Shown here one piece after another: positions 25,276 through 38,145 of a DNA stretch of 64,000 nt. Below the pieces are notes generated by a model, which was given only the letters and a program-made list of their open reading frames with translations, was not told the DNA's origin and searched no databases. The stretch is from Dipteris shenzhenensis (taxonomy: Eukaryota): the NCBI GenBank assembly GCA_047967505.1, contig CM106538.1. One strand, 5' to 3'. The number at the start of each line of letters is the position of its first letter. Within the stretch, counting starts at the first letter, position 1. Position numbers and translations under genes: made by a program.

Positions 25276-27300
25276 AAGGGGGACGTGTGGTAAAACCTTA
25301 AATTGCTTAATTTTTCCCACCTATCTTACCCCCTCATCTTTTACTAATGGCTAATACCATTTTTCACCAATAGGGCCCCCCACTTCGAAAATTCCTAGCA
25401 CCTGCCCTAACAAAGATTCTGAGCTGAATCACTTGCATCCAATTTCTAATTTTGCAAACAAAATTCACCTAGAAGCTGTTTCAGAGGTTTGGGTGGGGGA
25501 GACGATTAATCAATCTCCCTAACCTATAAGCAAATTAATCTAAGATACAACTCAATTAATCAATCCATCCTTCTTCCGCCTCCTTCCCTTCCTCCTCACT
25601 ATAGAGCTTTTTGCATTCAAGGATTTATTGGAAATCTTAATCCTATCTCTCCACCTGTTGAGGAACTCTTTTGGATCCAGATCAGCGATGTGTAGGGATA
25701 GAATGGTTTGGGAGATATATTATTTGCTTTGTAATTGGGAAATAGAAATGAGTCATATATTTAGAGTGGGCCAAAAGCCTACACGAACTCAATAATGTAC
25801 TAAAATAATAGGGAGTGCACATGGAGAACATGTGGATGGCATGTGGAAAAGTGTGGAGGAGTGTGGAGTCAAAAGGAATCCTTCTAGAATTCTTATGTGG
25901 AATGTGGAGGATGTTGACATGTGGAAAAGAGGAGGGTCCTCTTGGGCTCCATGTGGGAGGACTATTGATTTTTCTACTCGAAAGGATAAAGAAGCATCTT
26001 GTGATGGGACATTGGCCAAAATCCTCCTAAAAGGACAATTAATGGTGACCCATGCCCTTATGTCACGAAGACGTAAAAGAATCTATTGCCAGCAAATGTA
26101 ATAGGGTGAAGGAAGGTGAGAATTGCACTATAAAAGAAGCCCCTCCCCTCTCTCTCAAGCATCTCATTTTCTCCTTGTAGCCTTGCCATTGCCTTGTATC
26201 TAGCTCCTTTTATGCCTCTCCTTTCCCTTGAGCCTTAGCCCCTCTCTTCTTTATAGTTCTCTCCCATTGGGAAGCTTTCCTGGCTTCCAGAACCAAGATC
26301 TTCCCTTCTTTTCCCATTTTCTTATATTTTTTCCCTCTTCGCTCAGGAGCTCCATTGGTGCTCATGTATGGCTTGTTTTGGGATCTATTCTGAGGGGATT
26401 CTCTACCCTTTAGGGTGACCTCAGTCCAATATGTACTGTGAAAGCAACCCCTTCAGTAAGAGAAATCGTTGCCTTTTCCTATTGCTTAAGGCGCTCCTGG
26501 ATTGTTTTGGTACCCCGTTGTAAAACGGCCATAACTTTTCACTCCCTAATCCGTTTTGGTTGAAACCTATGTCAAAATATTTGTCTCTTTGAGATCTATC
26601 AATTTATGTCTTTACTAATATGTTTTGATTTACTGAGAAAATGTTACAGTGTGCTAAATAGGGTAGACTTGGATTTGGGATAGTTTTGGAGTCTGTCACT
26701 AAAATGGTCCTAACTTCTCATCTCTTGTTCCATTTTTTGTGAACTATATGTCAACATTCTTGTCTTTTCAAACCCTACAAGCATGTGTTCTTTGTTTTGG
26801 GTTTTGAGGGTCAAAGGAAGAGCTATTCCTATGCTATTGTAGCTGTATTTTTATTTCCAATAATTGTGGGTTCTCTTGTGTTGAACTTTATCAAAATGAT
26901 GCAACCCAATAACCCCATATCCATCAACAAAACTATGATCTTCTAACTTCATGCTAACTTCTAACCTCCTTCTAAGCTACATCTCTCTCTTCTCTCCTCT
27001 TCCTTGCTCACCTCTGCCCCCCTCCTCAACACCCCCTTTCCTCGTCTCAGCCCCTCCCCTCTCCTCTTCCTTAGTGCAGCTCCCTCCTTTTCCTAGGTTT
27101 CCCCTCAACCCTCTCCCTCTCCACTCTATCTCCCTCTCTCCCTTAGCTCCCTGTCTCCCTATGTATAGCTTCTCTCTTCCCTCTCCCTTCGTGCCCTTCT
27201 CCCTCAACTTCCTTCCCCTTATATACCTACTCAAGGTGGCAAGAGAAGCTTCTCGATTTGTCCTTAGTGAAGCTTCTCCAAATTTTAATTTTTAGCTTAT
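25276..27300 (+). mobile_element. Probable orphan LTR-like remnant
   Basis: Polypurine GAAGGGGG shortly before TGTGGTAAAACC, TATAAAA followed by CT-rich stretch at ~26128, repeated ATAACT-type motifs. No partner LTR; right end is a guess. Confidence 0.3.
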
Positions 27301-30291
27301 GATAATTCGTTTCCCTATGGGGTCATCCCATCGCTCAATAGATATGGCTATCATCCTTTAAGATTGTGGCTAGTACACAGAGGATGAGGATTTCACTTGG
27401 AGGATGATAGCTTGGCTCACGAAGGGAGGACATGCCTTTGCAATTGACCCTGTCTCTCCAGCTTACAAGGTACATGGATAGCAGGTCTCCCAAATTGAGA
27501 TTCATGATGCAGTTCAGCCCTCCCAATCACGCCCACAACCTCTATTGGAGGATAGTGTATGGGAGACTATTTCCAACATCACTGCCCAGAACATCTGGGT
27601 CTCTCAATGCAATTGAGTGATGGGGGGGCCTACCAAAAGGTGGGAGCAATTCTACTAGGCATGGCTAGTAGAAGTCTTCTACACCCTTTCCGCAAAGGGT
27701 CTTCACTAGATGTATAGACCACCACCTTGGTTTCCCACAACCTTTTAGCAAGTTATGAAGAAAGTGCGTGGTTGAGTTGCCTAATCATGGCAAAGAGGTT
27801 TCATTTGAGGCATTGCTTGCAGTCTGCCAAGTAGATGAAGTCATGGTATCCAATTTGTGATCACAAAATATTTTCAATGTTTGTGTCCATGAATGCATCA
27901 CCTTGATTGTTATGTGTCTTAATTGAGCCATCCTCATGTGTACCAAGTCGATGAGAGCACCTACCACACCGAGATCTTCATTGCCTTAAAAAACAAGTTC
28001 TCTATTGAGAGTGTAAGGCATTTGTCTATATTTTTCAACTCCCATTTTGCTACCTCTTGAAAGAAGTTCATGGAGACACACTATACGTGCACGGATGCCA
28101 GTAAAATAATGTGGGGAACACTAACTCTTCATAAAATCTGTTCTAGAATATGCTCAAATTAGGAGAAAACCCTTCTGGAGGCGCAACCTTTATTGTCTTG
28201 TCCTTGTAGTCAACCACTTGCTAGCTTGTGTATATACCATGCACTACTATGCATGTCTCCACTTCATCCTGTTTAGAATCATCTCTAGCCATGGGTGTGC
28301 CACATGGATTTTTCATCCTGATGTTTGTAAGCTCTTCATGTGTTCCCAAAAAAGAGGATTTAATTGTGTGGTGTTTTCCTTGTAAAGAGGGGCATGAAGC
28401 AACTCGTACAATGTGCACAAAGTCAAAGTGGGGTGCACAAGCCCACTCATGTAATAGTGTGTATACTCAAGTATTCACTTGATAGCAACCATGATTGTCA
28501 CATCATTAGTTAGCACCACATGCAAGCCCTGTCAATGCCACCAAACCAAACTGACCTTTGTATGTCAATTCTCGTATTTGGGCAAATGGGATTCTTATCA
28601 AAAGTAGTCGCACTTTGACATTATTCAAGGAAAATGTGTAAGTTGTTTTGTCTACCATGACCATGCCATTCATGCTAAGTTTTGGTAGATTGTTCTGTCA
28701 AAATAGTCTCAAGCAAAGAGAGCATATAATTCTTTCTTTTGTAGCATTATTTATAGAAAGGAAACCATCCTAGGTGAGGAAAGCCAAGCTGTGGGATTTG
28801 ATTTCTTCAACGTATAGTAGAATGTCAAGTAGCCACAACAATGACAAGGAAAGTTTGGAGAATCCTTGGTTTTCTTGGTATACAAGGCTTGAGTGGTGTT
28901 TACAACTCTTTTCTTGCTGTACAAGGAAACTTTGGAGTGTCCTTGGTTTTCTTAATGTACAAGGTTTGAGCGGTGTTTACAACTCTTCTCCTTTTCTTCG
29001 TTCTAGATGGGTTGTCCTTATGGTGGGATGGTTGTGCCTGAAAGGATTGTGTGGTGGTTATAGTTTGTATTGTTATACTGTCCATCAAAGCTATTCGATA
29101 TCTCATTGTGCATGGCAATTGTTTTCATTCTGTATATCTCATTGACAATGCCCTCATTGGAGTTCCTACCATGTGAATTGACAATGGCACTAGAAGCAAA
29201 TTGGGAGCCGTGCTTAGTAGACTAATCAAGTAAGAGGACGTGTGTTTTGGCTACTGCACAAGCACCAGCTTAAACACCACAAGCACTCTTGTTCCCTTCC
29301 AAGTATAGCAAAGTGAGGCTGCAAGTGCACAAGAGAATCTTCTCAAGCAATCGCAAATCAAGGCTCAGGAGTTTGATCACTTGCAAGGCAACTACAAGAT
29401 GTGGCCCTTAGTTAGATTTGATTGTTCCATCGAGCTAGAGGCTTGAACAAGGGCATGTCAAGGTGTTGCAATGGTGACTCAAAAGAACAAATTTCATAGT
29501 AAAGAATGCTAAGCAATGAGTCATAAGTATAGGTCGGGTAAAACTCCAGTAAGCAAATGAGAACATCAATGTAAAGGGATGCTTCATGTTGGAAATCTTA
29601 GCTCTTCATGGTGTTGTATGCAAGAAGGTGGATTTGTGCATCCATCCTTGTTGATTATGCAAGTACTTGGCTTCTATGAAGATGTTGTGAGACCTCTCAA
29701 TTCAAGCTTTGGCGCTAAGCTTGTGAGATGTTGTGAGACCTCTCACTAAGCTTATGCTTTTCTTGTGAGCTTCTTCTGATTTGAAAGGTATATTAATTGC
29801 TACTTTGAAATCATATTGTGTGCTACTTTTCTTTATCTATGCATATGCAAATAAAGAACTCATGCAAATAAAACCTTGTTTGTGTGGTCTCTTTTGCAAT
29901 TTTAGAAGGAAATTTGTCTTGCATAGGGAAGGCAAGAGGTCCAACAAACATTTTAAATGTTAAAGGTTTTCTAAAGAGAATATGACATATTGATAAGCAT
30001 TTTATCACCAAATGATTCTAGACCATGAACTTGTCAAGAAGAAGAACAAAAATTTGAGGAAGATAATAGTAATTAGAAAATTGATGTTTTTGGCTTGCAA
30101 GCATGGAAAAAATATCACTTTGCAAATATTGCATTGCTAGGAAGATAATAAGAACATTTGATCATCACTTGCTAGTTGAACAAAGAGCTTGCTACACTCC
30201 TATGTATTTTCCTCAAAACCTAGTATGAAACCCAAACTATTAATGGTGGAGTGACCTGGAGGACTACTCCCCATCAACATGCTGTGAGTGG

Positions 30292-31016
30292 TGAAACTAG
30301 AAGGTAATTCTTTTCACACAAATTCACCACCTTAATCAATTGGAGAAGAAGAAACACAATCACACCATGAAAGCGACAACCGAATGGGTACAATCTCCCC
30401 CCCTAGATGAGTGGCTCACGCTTCCTCATCTAGAGTATTTATGATATTTCATAAAAGCACCAAGGAGCCAAAATTATCCCTCTCATCCAAAAATGAGGGA
30501 TTTTGCTTTACATAGCCATCTTAGGGCCCAAAATGAATTATGTCCACAACAAAATATATTGCTCAAACTTGCAATAATAAAACAAATACAAAATTGGCCC
30601 ATGGCCATATATAATGCACTGTGTGACACCTCGATCGGTACCCTCGCACTAACTCCAATTCTCGCTATGAGTTCCATCACCTGTACTCAAGCTGCCAATT
30701 ACATTAGTTATTAACAATCGATTGAACGAATCACCGAATCAACCGATCCCAACATAACCGTGCTCAAAGCACAATAATCAAGCACAACACCAATAACACT
30801 AGCGACATCAATATTAACATGGAATCCCCCACAATACCGATCATCTAGCATGGTAAAACACAAGCTAGTCAGGCATCCCCAACTAACCACACAAAGTATC
30901 CACTAGGACCCCCGCCGCATCCGGTGCGCTCCTATGGAGTACTTTGCCATAGTCACACTTGACTAAAATAATAATATCCAAAGCAAGATATATAAGAAAA
31001 TATAATTTCCGTAACA
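30292..31016 (-). repeat. 3' LTR of Gypsy element 30292-36656
   Basis: TG...CA, near-identical to 36004-36656 plus ~70 bp extra. Confidence 0.95.
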
Positions 31017-31043
31017 TCCCTCTTGCTTGGATTGCAACTGACC

Positions 31044-33698
31044 TCAGTTGCGTGTTTGATTATAGGAACTAAGGAGGTCTAAAAAAGTTCGAAAGAACCG
31101 CTCAGGCATCCACTGAGCATCATCTCTTGGGTGGTTCTTTAATTTGAGCAAGTATTTAGTATAGACATTTCCTTTTCGGGTCGAGGTCTGTTGATGATCA
31201 ACAATGCATTCGGGTTCTAGAATTTCTTCTTCATCAACAATCAATGGGGCCTCTTCATAGATAGGATGAATAGGTAAAGGTCCTTTAAAGGGCTTTAAGA
31301 GGTTGATATGGAAAGCATTATGTATTTTCCAATTATCAGGTAATTCAAGTCTATAAGCTAGATCATTGATTTTCTGAATCACTTGAATGGTTCATAAAAA
31401 CGCGGTGACATCTTGATTACTGGCCATCTCTCAACACTCTTCAATCTTCTTTTCTCAGTCCGAAGAAGTACATAATCCCCTTCTTTAAAAAGCATGTGTT
31501 TCCGTTTCTTATTAGCTTGTTTTGTGTACTTCTCTTGAGCTATTGCAATCGCTTCTCGAACTTCTTTGAGAATATTTTGATAGTCATGGGTAAATGCATC
31601 TGCTGCTTCTACTCTATGGGTCAATCATGTGATAGGAATAGGTAAAACCTTCCCATAGATAATCTCAAAGGGTGCTCTTCTAGTTGCTAAATGAGGAGTA
31701 TTATTATAAGCAAACTGTAAGAGATGAATGTATTTGTCCCAAGTCTTTGGTTGACTTCCTGCATAAGCTCTTATCATATCCAGAATAGTACTGTTTGTAA
31801 CTTCAGTTTGTCCATTCAATTCTGGATGAAAAGCTGATGAGAAGTCTAATTTAGTGCCTAGATTATGAAATAATGCAGTCCAGAAATTACTGTAAAACTT
31901 TGAATCTCGATTAGACACTATAATCTTTGGTAAGCCATGATGAACAAAGATATGCTTGATGAATAAATGTGCAGCTTGCTGAGCTGTTAAAGTCTTCTTG
32001 CATGGGATGAAATAAGCTTGCTTACTAAAGTGATCTATTATCGTCCAAATCATATCATTTTGATTCGCTATAGTAGGAAAATCTGTTATGAAATCCATGG
32101 ATATTTGTTCCCAAGGTTGCGTAGGAATAGGCAAAGGCATTAGCAATCCTGGGGTCTTGCCGTTGTAACTCTTGATCTTCTGACAAGTGATGCATTCGGC
32201 TACAAACTTAGCCACATCTTTTCTTATAGTAGGCCAATGAAATTCTCTTGCTATCACTTGTAAAGTGGCAGTCACTCCCCTATGTCCCATATATGGTGGT
32301 TGGTGCATTTCCTCCATTACAATTTGTCTAAAGGGTCGAGTAATGCATAATTTCTTTTGATAAAAGAGGTATCCATCATTGCATGAATAGTCCACTTGAT
32401 AAGAATTCTTCATACTTTCGAAAGGCTGGGTCTCTACAACAGTGATGTGATTAATACTTGGCTTTCTGCTAAGAGCATCAATAACTACATTCTCTTTTCC
32501 AAGTTGATATTGAATCATGGGCTGAAAACTCTGTATAAATGATGCCCACTTGATGTGCCTATCAGATATAAGTGGCTGAGTTAACAAATGCTTGATACTT
32601 TGCTGATCGGTTTTGATAAGAAACTCAGATCCCATCAAATAATGTTTCCACATTCATAAAGCATGCACAACAGCATTAATTCTTTATCATATGTGCTATA
32701 ATTACATTCTGCTGGTTTTAATTTTCGGCTCTCATATGCTATTGGATGTCCATCTTGCATAAGTACGGCTCCAATTCCATATCCACTAGCATCGGTTACA
32801 ACTACAAAGAATGGTCTAGAGAAATCGGGTAGTTGCAACATAGGAGCTTGTGTGAGAGCTTCTTTCAAAGCTGTAAAAGATTTATCTTGACGCTCAGTCC
32901 ATAAGATATGCTTAGCTTTTCTAAGAAGGTCTGTCAATGTTTTTGACTAATAAGACAGGTGCTCCATAAGGAGAACTGCTGGGTCTTATCAATCCTCTCT
33001 CTATCAGTTCCTCCACTTGCTTTTGAATTTCCTTTTGTTCTAGCTGTGATTGACTGTATAAGGAGCTTTGCAAGGTGGAGTATTGCTCGGTAGGATTTCT
33101 ATCCTATGATCTTCAGGTCGAGAACATGGTAGTCCAGGCGGTAAATCCTCTAAGAAACAATCAGAAAATTGAGAAAGAAAATGTTGGTGCATAGGCTTAG
33201 TGTTGGGCTGAGTAGCCGTTACCGTATTCACCAAAATCAGATATGTCTTCTCACATTTTCTAATTGCTCTTTTGGCTTGTGTGTGGTTGAGTAAAGGACT
33301 GACCTCAGATTTCATTGAGCTTTTCAGACATATTTATTGTCTGTCCTTCTCAATCCACATCTGATGTGAATCGTAATCTATCTTAGGATTGTATTGATGC
33401 CTCCATGGCATTCCTAAGATGATGTCCACTCCCTGTAGGGGTGCCACTAGAAAGTCTCATGTATCCTTGTAGGGTTTGATTGAGATTTCAAGGTTCTTGA
33501 CTTCTCTAGTGTTTTGGTAAAAGCAGCTTTGATCTTATAGTTAGATGGGAAAGACTCTAGGTTTAGCTTTGCTAAGGTTCTTTCTGAAATGAAATCATGT
33601 GTACTACCATCATCATGCAGAATAACAACCTCTTTGCCATTAATGAAAACTTTCATCTTTAGAAGAGCATGACAATTATACTTACCTCCCTCTTTCAA
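31044..33698 (-). pseudogene. Gypsy pol remnant (protease, partial RT, RNase H, integrase, chromodomain)
   Basis: ILHDDGSTHDFI, TDASGYGIGAVL, QISMDFITDFP, SAFHPELNGQTE, PRFYEPF, HNAFHINLLK, ILEPECIVDH...YLLKLKNHPRDDAQW; several frameshifts. Confidence 0.93.
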
Positions 33699-34671
33699 TC
33701 ATGTGCACTTTCACCGTCAGGGTCTTCTTTCTTTTAGGACACTCAGTGGCTATGTGTCCCAGCTTGTTGCACTTGAAACACCTTATTTCTTTCTTTGGAA
33801 AATTCCCACCGTTCGGCTTCAAAGAAGAATCTATCTTCTGTGGTACAAAACCATTTTTAGATTTAAAGAAGGGCTTTTTATCAAATCTTTTTTTCTTATG
33901 GAAGGGTACATGTCGTTCCGGATCTTTTCCTTCTTTTGGGATCCCATTCTTCCTTTCACAATTCATTGCAAGAGAAATTGCTGAGCTCAATGAGCGAGGA
34001 TGAAACATGTTAATCTCAGCTCTCAACTTAGATTTTAGACCTGCCACATACTTTCTGCGTTGATCTCGCTCATTAACTTTCTCCAAGGATTGTAATTGGA
34101 TCAATGTTTCCCAAAATCTATCAGTATATGTGGGGATCGTTTCCTTATCGAACTGCCTGAAAGTATCCCATTGTTGTCTAGCTTTTGCTTTGAAATGTGA
34201 GAGAAGGAAATCTCTCTTGATGAGCTTTTGAAAAGACTTCCAAGATTTTGGTCGCCTTTTACTGTGCTTAGTGATGTTCCACCAAAGTGCAGCACTCTCT
34301 ACTAAATGATTTGCAGCACATTTAATCTTATCTTTTTCAGAGAATTTCTCCCTCGAAAAATAATCATCTAGCTGACTGATCCAAGACAAGACAGTGCGTA
34401 CTTCTTTCTGATCCAATACAAGCTGACTGATCCAAGACAAGACAGTGTGTGCTTCTTTCTTTCCATCAAAATTTTGAAATGAGAAAGCTTTTCTACTTAT
34501 CTTACTCTTCTTCCTCGAATTTTTTGCTTTCAGTGTGGCTTTAACTGTCCTGATAATAGTATCATCGTCAGAATCATCGTCGAATGACTCATCATCAGAT
34601 GAATGTCTCTTCCTTTTCTTACCATTGATTTTCTTTTCCAATCTCTCCCTATGCTCACGCTCATCAGCCAA
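33682..34671 (-). pseudogene. Gypsy gag (capsid-like domain plus CCHC)
   Basis: 329-aa ORF with AALWW, WKSFQK, YVAGLK and CFKCNKLGHIATECP. Confidence 0.9.
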
Positions 34672-36003
34672 TTGTGCCTAAAGTGCATCTAACTACTCTT
34701 GGAGCATGGGTGGTTGTGGCTGATGCACCATGATAATGTGATAAATACAAATAAAGCGGAGCGGAGAATAAAGATACTAAGTGTATGAGAAGTAAACGGA
34801 TGAAAAAGTGCGATTCAAGTGTATGGTAAGAAATGGATGGCGGAAGATACTAAGTGTATGAAATATAAAGCAAAAGAAATCACTTATCTCGCTCTTTGAT
34901 CGGAGGTGGAAAGGACTAGAGTGGGAGATATGTGACCAATGATGTCGCTCGTAGTCGTTTATGCGCTCGACTGATCTCCAATTAATTGCTCGGTGATTTA
35001 TGGTCCCAATCGCCTTCTTGATTCGAGCTTGTTCAGATTTTGCCTTGCTCTCTTTCTTTTTTTTTCTTTTTTTTCTTTTTTTTAAAAGGAGGGCCTTTGA
35101 ATCTTGGGGTCCCTTGGTTGGTAGCAAGTCAAAGGAAATTTTGACTTAATACTTTTGCAGAATACCACTCAAATGGATTTTCTTTCATAAATCTTCATGA
35201 TCTCGCGTGTCGTGTGATGGCAGATCCTTCTCCATTGGCGGCGTTGTGGTGTTTATCACTGTCTACGGTGATAGAGACCACCCGACGAAGATCCACATAG
35301 CTTAAGGTGCGCGAAGATTTCGGGAGTGCAGAATCTGCAGCTGAGGGACTGTCACTCTGTGCTCGCAATTACCGCGATTATGCAAAGCTTTGGACAGTAC
35401 AAAGCTTTTATTAATAGCCTAACTCTGAATGCACAATTCCGCATCGGCTGTTCGCGATGGCAGAAGGCGAGAGACTGCCTTGATGTTTGGGGACTGCTCC
35501 GGATCTGCGCGCGGGCGAAGGACTGTGGGTACGTGCCCTTGATTGTAGGTCTGCACGAGAGGCGACGCACGAATCGCGATGGCTGGCTACACAAAGCCAC
35601 GAATCGCGATGGCTGGCTACACAAAGCACTCATTGCACTAAGTTCTTAATGAAGGCAGTGTTGGCGCAGACCTGGATAATTGAGCCGAAAGCGGGCGCGC
35701 TGACCAAAATACTGCGGGAGACTGCAAGTCCTGAACAGAGTCACGCAGAAGGAGAGAGAGACCTCCAAGGTCTCTAAAGGGCAGTCAAAGTAACACCGCG
35801 AGGCGTTGAGGTAATTCCGCCGTGCATAGAGTTTATGGCCCAAGGCTATTACATCCGCAGAGAACTCTCGTTCCTCACGAGCTGTGTACTTTTTCAAACA
35901 TGTCACTTTTTCCACGTCCTTGATTCCTTGAATTCTCTCTGCGCAATTCAAGAGAGAGCTTCCCCTCTCCAAACCTTAGAGCGTACCAAAGCTCTGATAC
36001 CAC

Positions 36004-36656
36004 TGAAACCAGAAGGTAATTCTTTTCACACAAATTCACCACCTTAATCAATTGGAGAAGAAGAAACACAATCACACCATGAAAGCGACAGCCGAATGGG
36101 TACAATCTCCCCCCCTAGATGAGTGGCTCACGCTTTCTCATCTAGAGTATTTATGATATTTCATAAAAGCACCAAGGAGCCAAAATTATCCCTCTCATCC
36201 AAAAATGAGGGATTTTGCTTTACATAGCCATCTTAGGGCCCAAAATGAATTATGTCCACAGTGCGACACCTCGATCGGTACCCTCGCACTAACTCTAATT
36301 CTCGCTATGAGTTCCATCACCTGTACTTAAGCCGCCAATTACATTAGTTATTAACAATCGATTGAACGAATCACCGAATCAACCGATCCCAACATAACCG
36401 CGCTCAAAGCACAATAATCAAGCACAACACCAATAACACTAGCGACATCAGTATTAACATGGAATCACCCACAATACCGATCATCTAGCATGGCAAAACA
36501 CAAGCTAGTCAGGCATCCCCAACTAACCACACAAAGTATCCACTAGGACCCCCGCCGTGTCCGGTGCGCTCCTATGGAGTACTTTGCCATAGTCACACTT
36601 GACTAAAATAATAATATCCAAAGCAAGATATATAAGAAAATATAATTTCCGTAACA
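36004..36656 (-). repeat. 5' LTR of Gypsy element 30292-36656
   Basis: Adjacent to TGGTATCAGAGC PBS on the minus strand. Confidence 0.95.
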
Positions 36657-36924
36657 GGTGGCTACCAAACTACATGCATGAAAATCTACAAAGGGACAAT
36701 TCAAGCCCAACAGAGCATCAACTTGGCTCCCTGATATGTGGACATGAACCAGGAGGCCGCCATCATGAAGCAAGACTCGAGCCTTCAAGGAAGGCACATG
36801 CACTATGACTTGGAAAATATTACAAGTAAAGCAAAATAATCTCATCAAACTGTGATTCACACGAGGGCCTCCACATGCATATGTAATTAATGTAATTTTC
36901 ATGAATGAATGCATGCATTTAACC

Positions 36925-37232
36925 ATGCTAGCCATTAACTAGTATTGCCACATGCTAGGCAAATAGGGCTTAACCATGACTTTGCCCGTGGTAGGCAAAA
37001 GTGACTAACCACGACCAGTATTGCCACATGGAAGGCAAACATGATCGAATGATGACTTTCCCCAATGGTGGTAGTGGGCTGTTTCAATACTAGTGGTGGT
37101 ACTAAGTCTTTTGGTACTAATGTCAACGTGAGGCAAAAGTGGCTAACCATGACTACTAATGCCTCATGGAAGGCAAACATGGCTTTAACCATGACTTTCC
37201 CCAATGGTGGTACTGGGCCGTTTAAATACCAA
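36925..37232. repeat. Degenerate tandem repeat
   Basis: GGCAAAAGTG-CTAACCA...CATGGAAGGCAAACATG...ATGACTTTCCCCAATGGTGGTA recurs. Confidence 0.7.
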
Positions 37233-37837
37233 TGTCTACTTTATGGCCCCACTATGCTACTGTAGGCTAAACACAAGGGATTTCTTTGGATCCTACTCTT
37301 CTAGTACCTTGATCTCACATATGGCTATGTGGTACCATGTTAGGGCTTTGAGGTATATGCTAGAAAAACATTAACTTGGTGGCTTGAACTCAGAAATAAA
37401 CCAACAACCCGAGAAGAATTTGAAGTTGTTTTCGAATCCACGTCTCTTGTCTTTTCCAATTGTGAACGCTAGCGACGAGGGAGCCACATTTCTTGAATTT
37501 AAGAAGGATTCCTCAGGTGTCACACATGAAACTTAGGAAAATTAATCTTCCATGCCATGTTTTCAAGCATCTAATTCAAAGATTGTGAGTCGGTTGTGCA
37601 AATTGCAAACATTCAACCTCAGTGTGCAGACATAAGGTAAATCCCTGCAAAAGGTTTAGATCTGCCCCTACGTGGCCTTGTTGCCTATCTGATGAGGAGT
37701 CCATTCAACATTCTTAATGGGATTGTAGGTCCCTCTGCCTTCTTGGCTCCTTTAGGGCCTCAGGCTATTTTACACACTGAGAGGCGCCCATCTTTGGGCG
37801 ACTGATTGAACCAATCGGAGGTGAGTTTTTTAACGAC

Positions 37838-38145
37838 GACGACGGGTGGGCAATGGGCGGGCATCTTCTTATACACACACTGCCCATGACCATACCTACG
37901 TGGGCTCCACATCATGCCCTCTCCAAGCCCTTTCGTTGGCAGCCAAGCTTGGCTACGACGGGTAGTGGGCAATGGACAGGCTCTTGTTATACACACATTG
38001 CCCATGACCAAACCTATGTGGACTCCACATCCTGCCCTCTCCAAGCCCTTTCGTTGGCAGCCAAGCTTGGCTGCCCAACGATGGGCACCCTTACAAATCT
38101 GCTAAGCTTGGCTGCCCAACGATGGGCACCCTTACAAATCAGCTA
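37838..38145. repeat. Tandem repeats (~120 bp x2 plus ~41 bp x2)
   Basis: GTGGGCAATGG...TGCCCTCTCCAAGCCCTTTCGTTGGCAGCCAAGCTTGGCT twice; AAGCTTGGCTGCCCAACGATGGGCACCCTTACAAATC twice. Confidence 0.85.

Larger units (their letters stand above)
30292..36656 (-). mobile_element. Ty3/Gypsy chromovirus-type LTR retrotransposon, internally deleted
   Basis: LTRs 30292-31016 and 36004-36656; flanks AGTGG/GGTGG (5-bp TSD, one mismatch); Met PBS at 35991-36002; PPT at 31017-31026; gag, PR, RH, INT and chromodomain in Gypsy order. Confidence 0.97.

Noticed and set aside
26951-27295. Pro/Ser-rich and Gly/Glu-rich ORFs (also 41053-41596)
   Set aside because: Products of CT-rich low-complexity DNA.
27335-30290. 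Short ORFs in AT-rich region
   Set aside because: No recognisable domains or termini; probably old TE debris.
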